This document shows, piece by piece, positions 23,861-35,470 of a stretch of 64,000 nucleotides of DNA; within the stretch, counting starts at the first letter, position 1, and every line of letters starts with the position of its first letter. Made by a program: the position numbers and the translations under genes. The DNA lies in NCBI GenBank assembly GCA_977017645.1, contig OZ360220.1, forward strand, positions 187,550,001-187,614,000, written 5' to 3'. Below the pieces are notes generated by a model, which was given only the letters and a program-made list of their open reading frames with translations, searched no databases and was not told the origin of the DNA. This stretch comes from Torpedo marmorata (Eukaryota).

Positions 23861-25284
23861 TCTAAATATGGTCCCTCTGTGTTACGCACCATGGCAAAGT
23901 GCGTAAAGTACTTTGATGTTCTTTCATCTTGCACAAATTGCTGGAGCTCTCAGTTCAAGAGCACTGAGGGAGAATTTTCACCACATGCACTGCAGCAGTT
24001 GAAGAAAGCAGCTCTTTTCCATCTTAGAGGCATAGAATGATACAGCGTACAAACTTGCCCACACTGACCAAAATGTCCCACTCACCCTAGTTCCACCTGC
24101 CTGCATTTGGCCCATGTCTCTCTAAACCTATCCTATCCATGTATTCCTCTATGAGTTCACCCTCATCCTCCTGCGCTCCCAAAAGTTATACCCTAGCCTG
24201 CTCAACCTCTCCCCATAGCTCAAGCCCCTGGATCCTGGCCACATTCTTGTAAATCTTCTCCAGCTTGTCAACATCTTTCCTATAGCATGGTGACCAAAAC
24301 TGAACACAATCTTCTGAAGGGCAGTTCAGAATGGACAATAACTGCCTATTTTTCTCTCTTTCTCTGCCTACCTCCATTCCCTCATTTGCCACTCCCTAAA
24401 TTCTCTGACCAAGTTTTTGGCTACTTGCCTAAAACTTGCTTATGCTGATCAATATCAGATTTCATTTGATAATACCCATCGGCATGGGGAACTTTTTTAT
24501 AAATACACATGATTGTTGTTACATTTTAAGTATTATTTTGTAAAGTTGCTGGGTGTCTTTGCAGACACAAATGCACAAATCTAAAGGAGCTGAATATTTT
24601 ACAGTTCTTTGACCTCATGTAGAATACTTTGCTCCGTTCTGGTCTTTTAGCTCAAGAAAGGATATTATTCCATTAGAACTTAAGAAAAAGATATTTAGGA
24701 TGTTGACTCAGTATTATCGATCAAGAAACGTCTTTGACTTGATGCTTTAGTATTGAAAAAGGAAAACGTTCTTCACACCCTCCAATCTCCTTTACTATCC
24801 ATGGCTGTTCTGAGTCTAAACTCCAACTACCTAATTATTCCGCAAATTCCACAATCCGTTTGTCAAACAAGATTGCAACTGACTGGCGTAAGTTGTTATT
24901 AATTGTAGTGAGTTGCAAATTTCTGTAACTCCCTGCATTGCGAAGACTTTTTTATTTGCTTTCTTTTTCATTCACCCTATCAGTCCACTTTAAACCTTGG
25001 AACCTTTAATTAAATTGTTCTTTAGCCTTCTCAATCCAAAGAATGCAACGCAGTGAAAATTGGTGCCACTGCACAATGATTTGAAACCTCTGGCTCCTCT
25101 ATATAATTAAACTGATAATTTATGAGATTGCATGCAAATTTGCATCAGCATTAGATCAAATTCCAATGGGTAAAGGCTTTGGGAGGTGAGACAAGAGTGG
25201 GATTACTTGTCAGTGAGGATGTCATAGAGTGTAGGAGGGAAAAAGAAAGAGTAGGGTTATTTCTTATGCGCTAGCAACAGCTAT

Positions 25285-25630
25285 GATGACAATGATGAGT
25301 TTATTGTCATATACATTGTACAATGTACATGTGCGCCAAATTCTTACTTGCAGTAGCCGAACAGGTACTTGTAAAGAAAACAATATTAATAAACTGACTA
25401 AAAGAGACAATAAATACATAAGATAGATATAAATATTCACAATAATCCGTGCAATCAAAGTGATTTGCAATCGTGCAACAGTCCTTTTATGCTGTGGAGC
25501 AGTCGATGATTCATGTACCAAGGGGAGGTTCAAGAGTCTGATAGCTGTTGGCAAGAAACTGTTCTCAAACCTAGAGGTGCTGGTTTTCAGACTTCAATAA
25601 CTTCTGCCCAAACGTAGCAGTGAGAGGGTG
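25285..25630 (-). mobile_element. Rex1/Babar 3' end
   Basis: tttattgtcata tail; minus-strand PTAIRLLN. Confidence 0.7.
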
Positions 25631-26257
25631 GATTAGATTAGATTTGGCAAAATATTAAATGAAGTGAGATTCACATTAAACCCAAAAATAATCTGTTCCA
25701 TTCATTCACTCCTTTTGTTCAAATTTTTCTCAACAGGTTAATTATCCACTCAAAAAAATCCATATTTTGCATCCAACCCAAGAGGGATTTATTTTGTGAT
25801 AAGTGAAAAATTCCCTTTCCTGAAACACATGAAATTGTTTTTATGAATTATAATCAATAAGCTCCCAATGTCTTTGTTAGCTGTCAAAATAGATATCTTT
25901 GTATCCAAGGCAACAGGAAAACTGAATGGTGCTAAAATATAGAGGAAATGCATCTTAACCTCAAGAACATTTTTCTTCTTGGTGCTGACATACTTAGTAG
26001 GGATCCAGCTGTTAATGTTAATGTTTTACAAGCAATTGGACACCAGTAAGCTAAGCTCTGAGTGTGTTTGTTTCCATTTTCTGCATTCCTTCAATTCTGA
26101 ACTTTCGGCATCTCCAGTTTTGATCGCTCCACCAGTGCCTGTTGTTGAGATCCTGAGCTATAGAACTCCCTCTCTAAACATCTCAACATTTTTTCTCCTC
26201 CTTTAAGACGCTGCTTCACAAGCTCTTTGCCTCAAATTTTTTGTAACCTCTTCAATT

Positions 26258-26560
26258 GTGGTGTAGTGGTTAGTGCTGCTGCCTCACACCTCCAGGAACC
26301 CAGCTTCAATCCTGACCTCCTGATTATGTAGGGTTTCCCCTGGTGCTTCAGTTTTCCTCACATGCCAAAGATGAGCAGGGTGGTGGGCAAATAGGTTTCT
26401 GTAAATTGCCCATAGAGTAGGTAGATGTCAGGAGAATCGGGGTGGATGATGGAGATGGAAGAAGAAATATGGGATTCGCAGGAGATGAATCCTACCAGGT
26501 GCTTTATGGTCAGCACGGATACAGTGGACAAAAGTGTCCTTTTCTATGCTGTATGACTCT
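26258..26560 (+). mobile_element. Older tRNA-derived SINE
   Basis: gtggtgtagtggttagtgctgctgcctcac...ttcaatcctgacc...ggtgcttcagttttcctcacat. Confidence 0.7.
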
Positions 26561-26684
26561 CTATCTCCCTATGCATCTTGTCAAGTAACCACTTGTATGT
26601 AATACCTAGGAACGGTCATGCTATATATCTATTAGGAAGCTGCTGTGTTTTTTGATTTGTTTTAATTTGATTTGCCTGTATTAT

Positions 26685-26922
26685 TTTAAATTTTAGATTT
26701 GCAGCATGCAGGCCCTTCCGGCCCTCGAGCCTGTGCCGCCAAAATACACCAATTAACCTACAACCCTCATAGGTTTTTGGAGGGTGGGAGGAAACCGAAG
26801 AACCTGGAAGAAACCCACGCAGGTCACAGGGAGAACATACAAACTCCTTACAGACAGCACCATATTCGACCCCGGGTCGCTGGCGCTGTAATGTTCTTGT
26901 GCTAACTGCTGCACTAACCATT
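26685..26922 (-). mobile_element. tRNA-derived SINE
   Basis: Reverse complement of the 11686/18541/29281 family. Confidence 0.85.
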
Positions 26923-27399
26923 CTGTTAATGTTAAAGTTAAATGCTACCAATGCCATGATTAATCCTGTAACCATTCTCTATTAACTTTTTTTGTGGATC
27001 CTATTGGGCACCAGAGCTCGAATTTTTGCAAGTTGCTCTTGCCGCTTTGATTTTTTTCACTGTATCTCTGTACACGCAACAATAAACAATTCAATTCACT
27101 TCATCCAAAGTGCTATTAAAATGCAAGGTGGACGTTGCAGGAACTGAATTGAACTTTGCTTAGTGGAGAACGATGGGGAAGTGAGAACCTCTTTGGCTGC
27201 GTGGTACCTGCTGAAAGCATTGCTATCCTGTCATTCGAGAAGCAAAAAGACTGCAGATGCTGGAACTTTGAGCGAAGAATTGCGGGAGAATGTGCTGACC
27301 CAAAACGTGAACTGACCATTCCTACCCATGGATGCGGTCTGACCCTTTGAGTCCCTCCAGCAAGTCTTTGATTGCTGTCCTGACATTGCTGGGTTATGC

Positions 27400-29080
27400 T
27401 TTCACCTGTGAGCAGCAGTGGATCAATCAGAAACAATAGCAATACTTTGGTTCTGTTTTCATGGAAGACACAAATAACTTCCCAGAAATTCTGGACAACC
27501 AGTCGAACGAATAGGAGCAAATAAATGAGATTAGTTTTAGTAAAACAAAAGTTGTGCTGGTGAAATTTATGGGACTGAAAGTTCGACAACCTCTCATTAA
27601 TCTACATCTCGGAATATTTAAATGGGTAGCCATGGAAACAGTGGAAACATCGGTTATCATTTTCCAAAATTCTATAGATTATGAAATGGTTCCTGCATTT
27701 GTGGGGGGAGGTAAATATAACTTCACTCCTTAAACTCAGACAGAGAGAGAGAAAAAGGGAACTATAGATTAATTAGCCTAACAACATAGCAGGAAAATTG
27801 TTGGGCATTTTTACAAAAGATGTGACAAAAGGACATTTAGGAAACCTCAAAAGGATTAAGTAAACTCAATATAAATTTCTGAAAGGAATATTATGCTTGA
27901 TAGCCCTGCTGGAGCTATTTTAGGATATAACAGGTGGAATAAATAAGGGAGAACAAGTGGATGTGGTGTACTTTGATTTTCCATAGGTCTTTCATGAAGA
28001 AAGTAGAATGCAAAATTAAAGCACTTGAAATTCAGAGTATTATCCTGGCATAAAATTGGTTGACAGATAGGAAACAGAGAGTTGGGAAAAAATTAGTCTT
28101 TTTCAGAATGGAGGGTTCTTGGCCCAGTTATTCATCATGTTTACCAGTAATTTTGATGAGTTGACAGATTACCGGCAACAGGAAACTGGGTGAGATTGTG
28201 AGTTGTCTGGAGGATGCCAAAAGGCTTCAAGGCAATTCGGAGAAGTTGAGTGAGTGGGCAAAAAAATGGCTGCGGCAGTAAACTATGGTGAGATGTGAAG
28301 TTATTCACTTTGGTAGGAAAAACAGGAAGGTAGAGTATTGTATAAATTGTGCTGGATTTGGAAATGTGGGTGTAAAAAGGCATCTGAGTGTTTTGTGCAC
28401 CTGTCACTGAAAGTAAACATACAGTAGACGTGCAGCAAGCAGCTAAGAAGGCAAGTTGTATGTTGGTCTTCATTGAAAGATGTTTTGAATACAGAACAAG
28501 AATGTCCTACCACAATTTTATAGGACCTAGGTGAGATCACACCTGGAATGGTTTTTCTGTTTTGCTCTCCTTATCCAAGAAAAAATATACTTGCCTGAAA
28601 TAGTGTAGCAAAGGTTGCTCAGAGCGATTCCTTGGATGGCAGGAATGTTCTAACAGGAGAAATTGAGTCAACTAGTCCTGTTTTCCTTGAAGTTTAGAAA
28701 GTTGATATGAGATCTTATTGAAACATACAAAATCCCAACAGGGGTTGACCAGATGCTGGGAAGATATTTCACCCAGCTGGAGGGGGGAACCTACAACAAG
28801 CGGTCACAGTCTCACAATACAGAGTAAGGCATTCAGGACTGAGATGAGGAGAACGTTCTTCATTCAGAGGATAGTTAACCTGTCGAATTCGCAACCACAT
28901 AAGTCTGTAGAGGTCATGTCCCTTAATATATTGAAGACAGCAATACATAGATTTTTGCACACAACAGGCATGGAAAGAGAACAGATGTGTGGTCTTGGAT
29001 CAATCATTATGATACTAAATGGTGGGGCAAACTCGTAGTGTTGAATGGTCTGATTCTGCTTCTGTATTTCTATGTTTCTG
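27400..29080 (+). mobile_element. Long decayed CR1 LINE
   Basis: gtggatgtggtgtactttgattt (VDVVYLDF), gaagttattcactttggtagg (EVIHFGR), FRTEMRRTFFIQRIVNL. Confidence 0.75.
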
Positions 29081-29280
29081 TGCACTACTTTTGAAAATAG
29101 GACAGTGAACCCCTGTGGTAATGAGGCCAATGTGTCCAGAGCTCTGTTTTACCCCTTTAAATCATCAGTTAAATTTCTTGATGAAGGGTCCTGAATGGAT
29201 ATGTTGACCATTTCTCTCCATATATGCTGTCTGACCCGTTGAGTCCCTTCAGCTTCGCTTTATTCACTCAGGTTCGCTTA

Positions 29281-29560
29281 ATGGTTGGCGTAGCGGTTAG
29301 CGCAACACCATTACAGCGCCAGCGATCAGGACCGGGATTCGAATCCCGCGCTGTCTGTAAGAAGTTTGTACGTTCTCCCCGTGTCTGCATGGGATTTCCC
29401 CCGGGGACTCCGGTTTCCTCCCACCATTCGAAAAGTACCGGGGGTGTAGGTTAATTGGATGTAAATTGGGCAACACGGACTTGTGGGCCGAAATGGCCTT
29501 GTTACCGTGCTGTATGTCTAAATTAAATTAAAATGAAAATGAAATTAAATTAAAATTAAT
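29281..29560 (+). mobile_element. tRNA-derived SINE, young
   Basis: tggcgtagcggttagcgc A box, gggattcgaatccc B box, retained CpGs, aaatt-repeat tail. Confidence 0.9.
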
Positions 29561-30417
29561 GTTGAAAAAGGGCTGATGGCAGAGTGAGAGTGAGTTATAA
29601 AAAGATTTTAGTCCAGGAGGTACTGAGGTGTTCAGATAGATGCTTGGGAACTTGACAAGAAGTTGCATGGAAAACAGTTACATTTCAGGTGGGGAAAAGC
29701 ATGGAGCAAAGTGGGACCATCTCCTGAACATAACCACTCACCTCCAACCTTAAGTTTCACTACACATTATCTTTGGTGAGCTACGCAGGTGGTTACAAAA
29801 CTGGAAGCACGAGAGACCACGTAGGCTGGTATCTGGAAACTCACTCACCTCCAGCAGATTGCTTTTGTTGCTCCACATTCAGCATCGGCAGCCTCTCGTG
29901 TCTTCAGTCTTGAAGGGGATCTGGTCTGAAATGCCAATAGTTTTTTTTCCCCACTGATGTTGCTTAACCTGCTGAGTTCCTCCAGCAGATTGATTTTTGC
30001 CACAGGTGATTTGCAAAACACGTAATGGCAGTCCACAATAAGATAATGGGTCAGCAATTTTAGGACTAATTTGAGGAAAATTCCTTCACTCGGCAGGTGA
30101 TAATATTTTGAAATTTCTCCACTCAAAGGAAGGACATAATTGCAACAGGAGAGCAATAATTTGATTCCTGGAATGTCAGGTTTATCCCATGAGGAGAGAT
30201 TATGCCGACTGGAACTACACTCATTTGTAGATTGAAAAATGAGAAATGATCTCATTAACATATAAAATATTCTTACGAGGCTTGACAGGCTAAATGCAGG
30301 AATTATGTTTGCCTTGGCAGGGTTATCTAGAACCAGGGGTCACCTTCCTAATGAAGAGGTGAACACTAAGAAGAAATGTCTTTACCTGGAGTGGGTTGAA
30401 TCTTTGGAATTGTCTAC

Positions 30418-31042
30418 TGCGGAGGAAATGTGGCCTCCCTGTCTGTCTGGAATGTGTGTATTGCGGGTGGTCATGTGTCTTCCCCGTCTGAAACTTATTC
30501 GGAAGCAACATCACCTGTCAATCAAGGTTGGACTCTGGCCACCCATCAGTGTACACCTTGCCGTTGGCTAATTTAAATCACCTAGGGTCATTATTGGCTA
30601 GAAGCACAGATTAGCACTGTATATAACACCAACGCACAGCACATTCTTTCTCTCTGCCTCATGGTCCAAGCCCCGGACATCGCTCCACGCCAGGTCGCTA
30701 CTGTGGACATCGCTGGAAGTGTCACGGGTAAGGTGTGCACTACACTGAAGCTGAGCCGTAGTATTGCGATAGATCAATACTTGAAGGGAGCCACACCCCT
30801 GTAAGAGTCCCTGTTGTAGTGTGTGAGCGGGTCGAGAATAGGTTTACCGTTGTCGGAGTCCAACCGAAGTCCGAGGTGAATGTCTATATCGTCGCTCAAG
30901 TGAAATAGTGATCGAGTACCGTTTAACATTCTCCCCTGTTTGTTTCCCGTGTGTTAATAATAGTTACGTGTGATTGTAGCATTTGTGTCCAGACTCATCT
31001 CTCTGTGAACCCAATGAACCTGATACTCTTCCCAACACGATA
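30418..31042 (+). repeat. 5' LTR
   Basis: Aligns with 34426-35060; TATATAA at 30620-30626; donor-like GG|GTAAGG at 30728; ends caacacgata. Confidence 0.9.
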
Positions 31043-31044
31043 AT

Positions 31045-31063
31045 TGGCGCTGCGAGCAGGGTT
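31045..31063 (+). promoter_or_regulatory. Primer-binding site, tRNA-Ser-like
   Basis: TGGCGCTGCGAGCAGGGTT, 2 nt after the LTR, is complementary to ...AACCCTGCTCGCAGCGCCA, which resembles vertebrate tRNA-Ser 3' ends. Confidence 0.75.
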
Positions 31064-31597
31064 CAAAGAGTTTCGGCTGGACACACGTGGAGTCTTAACC
31101 ATGTGGGAGTGGAAGATCATACTAACAATGTGTGAGATTATATGAATAAGTGTGTGTGTGGGTGTCCTGTCGGGTGCATGTGTGATTGTGTACCTGCTCA
31201 CCAACGGGGGCAGGAGGAGGCAACCCACAGATAGGGAAGGGACCCCAGGGTCGGATTATAAAATCCCCGGGTGGACCGATGACCGTCAGGGGTTCAGCCG
31301 TTTGGTGGCATGGCTGGCAAGCCACGCCATGCCAGTCAATTGGGTCGACAGGTTGGACCCCCACGGAGAGAAGATAGGGCTCCATGTGGTCTCCCACCTG
31401 GTGTTACTGGGGTTTCCCAAGGCCAGGGGAGTTGTGGGGGAGCCCTATGGGTACTGATATCCCTACTTAGGCGCCAGTGGGGTATCACGTCCAGGTTAAG
31501 TAGTCAGGGCGCCCAGAAAGATAGGGAGATAGAATTCCTGCAACATGACTGTTGTGAACTGCAAGAGGCAGTGCAGATTGCCCAAGGGCAAGTGAAG

Positions 31598-31797
31598 TGG
31601 CTCCATAGCTCAGTGGTTAGAGCTCTGGTCTTGTAAACCAGGAGTTGCGAGTTCGTTCCTCGCTGGGGCCTCATTTCTGTGAGGGGCGCTGGACAAAGTA
31701 GTGACTCTCTGTCTTCCTTACGGTAGACAAAGAATTTCATGTATGTTACATTCTAAATGTAGTATACCGTGAAAATAATGGAACCTTTACCTTTACC
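31598..31797 (+). mobile_element. 200-bp tRNA-Thr SINE inserted into the ERV gag
   Basis: Removing exactly 200 bp restores the gag frame (GQVK|NLEIKIMEAAS); ends in a cctttacctttacc repeat. Confidence 0.8.
31599..31671 (+). tRNA. tRNA-Thr(TGT) copy forming the head of a SINE (probably a pseudo-tRNA)
   Basis: GGCTCCA..TGGGGCC acceptor stem, CTGGT-CT TGT AA-ACCAG anticodon arm; T loop reads GTTCGTTC; no oligo-T terminator; followed by a LINE-type tail. Confidence 0.85.
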
Positions 31798-34119
31798 AAC
31801 TTAGAAATTAAAATCATGGAGGCAGCTTCCAAGCTGATTAAAACACAGCAGCTGCAAGCAGCTCGCTGGTCTGACTCGCAGCTTGACTCAGGAAAAGTCC
31901 GAGCCATTGCCCAGCGGGGGGAGGGGATCGATACGTGTTTGGGGGATGGGTATGTGAGGATGGATGGTGATAGCCCTGAGGAAACTGAGTCTCATGACAC
32001 ACTTCCTCCTCCCTGCGCACCCGGCCTTTACAAGCCCGACCAGTGACCATGCGGTCCCAGGTCTGCCACAAGGGCACCCCGCCGACCCTCCAAAATGGGG
32101 AGGTAGCCGAAAATGGGGGGACCTTGGGTGGGTACGTAGATGGTCACTGTGAGATAATGGAGTCCTGGGACTACTCTGCTAAGGGGCTAACCGGGCGAGG
32201 GGACCGATACCACAAGCGGCCAAGCAAACACTTATAGTAGCCATGCCGCTACTTCAGTTAGGAGATGAGGGGGCTCCCAATTCCCTTCTCTCTCATTGGG
32301 AAGCGAGCGCCATGGGCGGTCTGTCTGACCAACAGATGATTGCCAACGCCTTGCAGGCGCCACCAGAAGGGGTCGATGATGGCACCACACTGTGGGAACG
32401 GGTGGTGACTGTGTTTCGGGGCAGGCTCCCTGCCCTCCTACAATGTGGCCTGCATGGCCGGCCGCGGTGGTACACCGTTGGCGAGGAGACACCGGTTTCT
32501 AGGGAGTGGGCACTGATCATGGGTATCTACGGGGGCGCCCGCGAGCACTACTTCCCAGGGAGCACAAAGGTGACTGGTGCCTTGGCGGGCTATTTAGTCA
32601 CCACCGCATGCCCGACCTTAGAGGGGTGGTCTTGTCCCTCATGGGGCTGGCGACCGGGAAAAACATCCGGGAAGCCATTACCCTCCTGGAGGGATCGGAG
32701 TATATGGAGCGGGGAGCACCCACTCATGTTTGCAGGGCTGAGGGGAAGTTCGGTGACGTCACCCTTCCGGTGACTTACGGAGACATGTATGCTCTCTGGA
32801 GAGAGCATAGCGGGGAGAAGCCCATGGGGGTGGAGCTTTTCGTGCCCTGCCCACTCCAACCTGGACCAGCCTCCCCTCTGGTCCTCCCCCACCAGAGGTA
32901 GCCCCTGACTAATCTATCTTTTGAGCTCTCCCAAACCCACCCCCCTCCACAGGATAAGACTACCCTTCAAGCTGTTCCTCTTCTCAATGTGAGGGTCTAT
33001 GAAACGCTCATCAAAACAGACTGCTGCAATCCCATCACTGATTTCAGTCACTACATCAGCTCGTTTTACCTGCAGGAGCTTTTGTCACTTATTATGCACA
33101 GAACTTTCAAGCAGACATACGACAGCTGTTGCCATGGAAACGTCAATCATTGGCCATTCAACTGCATCTTTTGTTATGCACCTTCCAAGTACAGCCTTTG
33201 TAACTGACCTTTTTTTATTACACTCTGAGCTTTGGTATCTACTCTGCATAATGTCTCTCAGCATACTCAAGAAATTGTACTTTCAGCTTTTAATTACGAC
33301 GTTACAGATCACACACTAGCAGGAAATATTGTATATATTTTGTTTCACTTGACAATGACTGCATCGCCCCAGCCCTCCCATTAACAGAAACAAATACCTC
33401 ATGGGATGGGGGCTTCAGGAGCTTTTATTTAAAATCACAAATTGGCTAACTTTCAGTCCCTACTCCTCCTGGCTATCATTACAGGGATCCAACACAGGCA
33501 CTTTTGGCACCCGTTTAAATAGAACGCGAGCAGGAGCGGCATCCTGGTGTTGGACGACAGCCCAGGAAAAAGGGGCGCCCCGGGTACATCCTGGATATAC
33601 GTCTGCTGGCCTGTCCCCTGCCTCACCACGGGATAGCACAGCGACGGCCATCTGGGCGCTGTGTTTAGGGAGTGCCAAAGCGTGAGGCCAAGGCGTGGGA
33701 TGCGTGAGCCAAGAGAGGGCTCTGGCACCTGATGGATGACCTTGCACTGCCTGCTCGCAGACGTTGGTGGTAAGGGTGCTCACATTTTCCAGCTCAGCCG
33801 GAGAAACCAGGCATGCGAGTCGGGGACCAGACAAATTACTTTCTCTACCCTCCCCTCTGACACTGGGGAGCAGCTCCCACAGCACCCTGCTCCATCAGAA
33901 ACACAGCGACCCTGTTTGGCCGGGGGGGGAGGGGGGGGGAGCTGGTGAGGCGTTGTCATTGAATTTGATTACGTGCCTTGTCCAGCATACGGAAGGCACT
34001 TGTGTATATATTGATCTGCTTGATTTGCATTATTTTTATTTTAACATGTCTTTTTGTTCTTTTTTTTTCTTTTCCTTTTTTTTATAATTATAACATGTAC
34101 ATAGAGTTATTGATTGTCT

Positions 34120-34383
34120 TTTTTTTAAATTTAGACATACAGCACTGTAACAGGCAAATTCGGCCCTCCGAGTCTGTGCCACCCAATTTACACCCCATTA
34201 ACCTACACCCCGGTATGTTTTTAAAGGGTGGGAGTAAACCGGAGCCCCTGGATAAAAACCCACGCAGACACGGGGAGAACGTACAAACTCCTTACAGACA
34301 GCATGGGATTCGAACCCAGGTCTAGTCCTGGTTGCTGGTGCTGTGAAGGTGTTGCGCTAACCGCTACGCCAACCGTACCACCC
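34120..34383 (-). mobile_element. tRNA-derived SINE inside the ERV
   Basis: Reverse complement of the 29281 family. Confidence 0.9.
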
Positions 34384-34425
34384 TTCATAGTGATTGCAGA
34401 GTAATGTGACTTCCGAGGGGTGGAA

Positions 34426-35060
34426 TGTTGTGTGTGGAGGAAACATGGTCTCCCTGCCTGTCTGGAATGTGTGTATTGCGGGTGGTCACGTGTCCTCCCC
34501 GTCTGAAACTTATTCGGAAGTCACATCACCTGTCAATCAAGGTTGGACTCCGGCCACCCATTAGTGCACTCCTTGCCGTTGGCTAATTTAAATCTCCTAG
34601 GGTCATTATTGGCTAGAAGCAAAGATTAGCACTGTATATAACACCAATGCACAGCACATTCTTTCTCTCTGCCTCATGGTCCAAGCCTCGGACATCGCTC
34701 CATGCCAGGTTGCTACTGTGGACATCGCTGGAAGTGTCGCGGGTAAGGTGTGCACTACACTAAAGCTGAGCCGTAGTATTGCGATAGATCAATACTTGAA
34801 GGGAGCCGCACCCCCATTGGTCAGGGAACCGGGTGTGTGTAAGAGTCCCTGTTGTATAGGTTTACCATTGTCGGAGTCCAACTGAAGTCCAAGGTGAATG
34901 TCTATATCGTCACTCAAGTGAAATAGTGATAGAGTACCATTTAACGTTCTCCACTGTTTGTTTCCCGTGTGTTCATAAAAGTTACATGTGATTGTAACAC
35001 TTGTGTCCAGACTCGTCTCTCTGTGAACCCACCGAACCTGATACTCTTCCCAACATGACA
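34426..35060 (+). repeat. 3' LTR
   Basis: TGTTGTG...CATGACA immediately after the PPT; homologous to the 5' LTR. Confidence 0.9.
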
Positions 35061-35470
35061 TCTACCCAGTCATTGAGTGTATTCAGGTCATACCTTAAGG
35101 GAATGAAGAGATCTGGGGATGGTGTAGGAAAGTGGCAGAGAGGTGGAAGATCAGCAATTAACATTGAATAGTAGAGAGGGGCTAAGGACAAAAGGGACCT
35201 ATTCCTGCTTTTCTTCTTTAGGTGCTTATGAGTAGTGGTGTGTGTGTTTGATATGGAGTTGCTGGATTTAGGGGACACTAAGGGAATCGAGGTATTTGGG
35301 GAATAGGCAGGAATGTGGGCAGGTCATCATTGACATGAAGTATCCGAGGAGGTTCGAGGGGCCGATTAGGAGGTGCGGCAAAGTTTACATCCAGTGCTTT
35401 GCTGGAATCCTTCGTCACTTTAGCTCTTCTTTCTTACAACAGCGACTCAACTTCAAAAAGTACTTCATTA

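Larger units (their letters stand above)
31101..32901 (+). pseudogene. gag-like gene (ERV-L/ERV-S/MaLR type), disrupted
   Basis: Stitched peptide LWVLISLLR-coiled coil-GKVRAIAQRG...WDYSAK...LLQLGDEGAPNSLLSHWEASAMGGLSD...TLWERVVTVFRGRLP parallels the class III Gag motifs WLLL..L, KVRALIG and LRxWDNG. Confidence 0.65.
30418..35060 (+). mobile_element. Non-autonomous class III (ERV-L/ERV-S-like) LTR retroelement: gag present, no pol
   Basis: Two homologous LTRs of about 630 bp; 5-bp TSD tctac at 30413-30417 and 35061-35065; PBS; PPT gaggggtggaa at 34415-34425; inserted in a CR1 remnant. Confidence 0.85.

Noticed and set aside
31599-31671. Functional tRNA gene or prophage-type att site
   Set aside because: It has a T-loop A58 change, no Pol III terminator and an attached retroposon tail, and it interrupts gag.
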